A stretch of DNA of 64,000 nucleotides from Endomicrobiia bacterium (GTDB taxonomy: Bacteria; Elusimicrobiota; Endomicrobiia; DTEH01), in assembly GCA_039630545.1 (NCBI GenBank), contig JBCNUU010000001.1, forward strand, positions 203,175-267,174, written 5' to 3'. The first letter of the stretch is position 1. The number at the start of each line of letters is the position of its first letter. The position numbers were made by a program, and so were the translations under genes. Of this stretch, positions 61,986 through 64,000 are shown piece by piece. The notes under the pieces are model-generated. The model had not been told where the DNA came from. It searched no databases and saw only the letters and a program-made list of their open reading frames with translations.

Positions 61986-62980
61986 AAGAAGCAAGTTATT
62001 ATAATTTATTAGAGAATAAAAAAATACAATGTAAGTTATGTCCACATAGTTGTGTAATTGAAGAAAATGAAGTTGGCAAATGCAGAGTAAGAAAAAACAT
62101 TAAAGGTAAACTATATTCTTTAACTTATGAAGTAATCTCTTCTATAGCACTAGATCCTATAGAAAAAAAACCTTTGTATCACTTTTATCCTGGTAGTTTA
62201 ATTTTATCTATAGGAAGTTTCGGATGTAATTTTAAATGTGGTTTTTGTCAAAACTGGGAGATTTCACAGGTTGGATTAGAAAATTACTATGTTCAAAAAA
62301 TTACCTCCGAAGAATTACTTTTAATAGCTAAACAACACAAAAACAACATAGGTATTTCATATACTTATAATGAACCTTTAATAAATTTTGAATTTGTACT
62401 AAATACTGCCAAAATTTTTCATGAAGAAAATTACAAAAATGTTTTAGTAACAAATGGATATATTAACAAAGAACCGCTTATGGAGATTTTACCTTACATT
62501 GATGCAGCAAATATTGATCTTAAATCTTTTGATGATAATTTTTATAAGGAAGTTTGTGGAGCAAAATTAAATTTTGTTTTACAAACTATCGAAACTTTTT
62601 TAAAATACAACAAACATATAGAATTAACAACTCTTGTCATTCCTCAAAAAAATGATTCAATAGATGAAATAGAAAAAATTGTAAACTATGTAGCAACTTT
62701 ATCCGAAGACATTCCATTGCATTTTTCTAGATATTTTCCTAATTATAAATTTTCTATTCCTGCAACACCTGTAAGTAATTTAGTTAAAATATATGAAATA
62801 GCGAAAAGAAAACTAAAGTATGTGTATCTAGGTAATATACTGGATGAGAAATATAACTCAACTTTTTGTCCTAAATGCAAAAAGACATTAATAGTAAGAA
62901 TTGGTTATAGTGTAGAAATTACAGGAATAGAAGATGGTAAGTGTAAATATTGTAAAGAAAATTTGAAAATAAAAATTTAA
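61982..62980 (+). CDS. AmmeMemoRadiSam system radical SAM enzyme (PFL-activase-like)
   Basis: C.LCPH.C......G.C.VR.N, DPIEKKPLYHFYPG, CNFKCGFCQNWEISQ, YTYNEP, NIDLK. Confidence 0.92.
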   Translation: MKEASYYNLLENKKIQCKLCPHSCVIEENEVGKCRVRKNIKGKLYSLTYEVISSIALDPIEKKPLYHFYPGSLILSIGSFGCNFKCGFCQNWEISQVGLENYYVQKITSEELLLIAKQHKNNIGISYTYNEPLINFEFVLNTAKIFHEENYKNVLVTNGYINKEPLMEILPYIDAANIDLKSFDDNFYKEVCGAKLNFVLQTIETFLKYNKHIELTTLVIPQKNDSIDEIEKIVNYVATLSEDIPLHFSRYFPNYKFSIPATPVSNLVKIYEIAKRKLKYVYLGNILDEKYNSTFCPKCKKTLIVRIGYSVEITGIEDGKCKYCKENLKIKI

Positions 62981-63006
62981 CTTTTTTAAAAATTTTTTTT
63001 CAACTA

Positions 63007-63039
63007 TTGACAAAGTATAAAAAAAAAATTAAATATAAT
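63007..63039 (+). promoter_or_regulatory. Putative rrn P1 promoter
   Basis: TTGACA at 63007-63012 after an A/T-tract UP-like region; TATAAT at 63034-63039 (spacer 21 across an A10 run, so the -10 is uncertain). Confidence 0.45.
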
Positions 63040-63114
63040 TTTGAAAAATAATAAAAACTCACGGATGTATTAAAAAAATTTTTTAGTAGAAATTTGTATA
63101 GAAAATTCTACCTC

Positions 63115-63143
63115 TTGACAATCAAATTAAAAATTTTTATATA
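63115..63143 (+). promoter_or_regulatory. Putative rrn P2 promoter
   Basis: TTGACA (63115-63120), 17 nt, TATATA (63138-63143). Confidence 0.55.
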
Positions 63144-63171
63144 AAAAATAAAATTGTCATATTTTTAGAAA

Positions 63172-63183
63172 TGCTCTTTGACA
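63172..63183 (+). promoter_or_regulatory. rrn antitermination boxA
   Basis: TGCTCTTTGACA versus consensus TGCTCTTTAACA, about 60 nt before the 16S. Confidence 0.8.
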
Positions 63184-63240
63184 ACATTAATTATATGTTT
63201 TATTCGCAACTTAAGAGCCATATCAAACAGAAACATAAAT

Positions 63241-64000
<760 letters not shown>

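Overview
Very AT-rich, gene-dense bacterial core-chromosome segment from a diderm (TamB-like protein, GT9 LPS glycosyltransferases, outer-membrane barrels), probably an anaerobe (hypC/D/E, CxxC-type MnmA). Gene content and the 16S suggest Elusimicrobiota or a similarly deep lineage; this is inference, not a database result. All genes except ndk are on the + strand. Layout: (1-10.6 kb) a surface-glycosylation cluster with five GT-C (ArnT/PMT-like) membrane glycosyltransferases, two of them frameshifted; (10.8-16.7 kb) leuS-nrdR-[GGDEF+CBM48]-[60-aa histone-fold protein]-[P-loop kinase]-[dCMP deaminase] converging on ndk; then rho, MFS, proB, ychF, a 30-aa membrane peptide missing from the ORF track, MerR-REC, carAB, DUF47, HAD, ComEC-like MBL, mnmA, PIN-PhoH, PHP, clpC, TamB-like, hypC, hisF, purF, PilB/GspE, a degenerate GAF-HD-GYP, tRNA-Ala(CGC), argD, HEAT-repeat, TraF-like barrel, hypDE, a DUF523/TudS pseudogene, pcm, sua5, an FMN-bind/4Fe-4S membrane protein, yebC-ruvCAB, an HDAC-family deacetylase, an AmmeMemoRadiSam enzyme, and the 5' half of a divergent 16S rRNA. 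The best candidate for an undescribed system is the bacterial histone sitting inside a dNTP-metabolism cluster, next to a diguanylate cyclase fused to a glycogen-binding domain. No mobile element, prophage or CRISPR array was seen.
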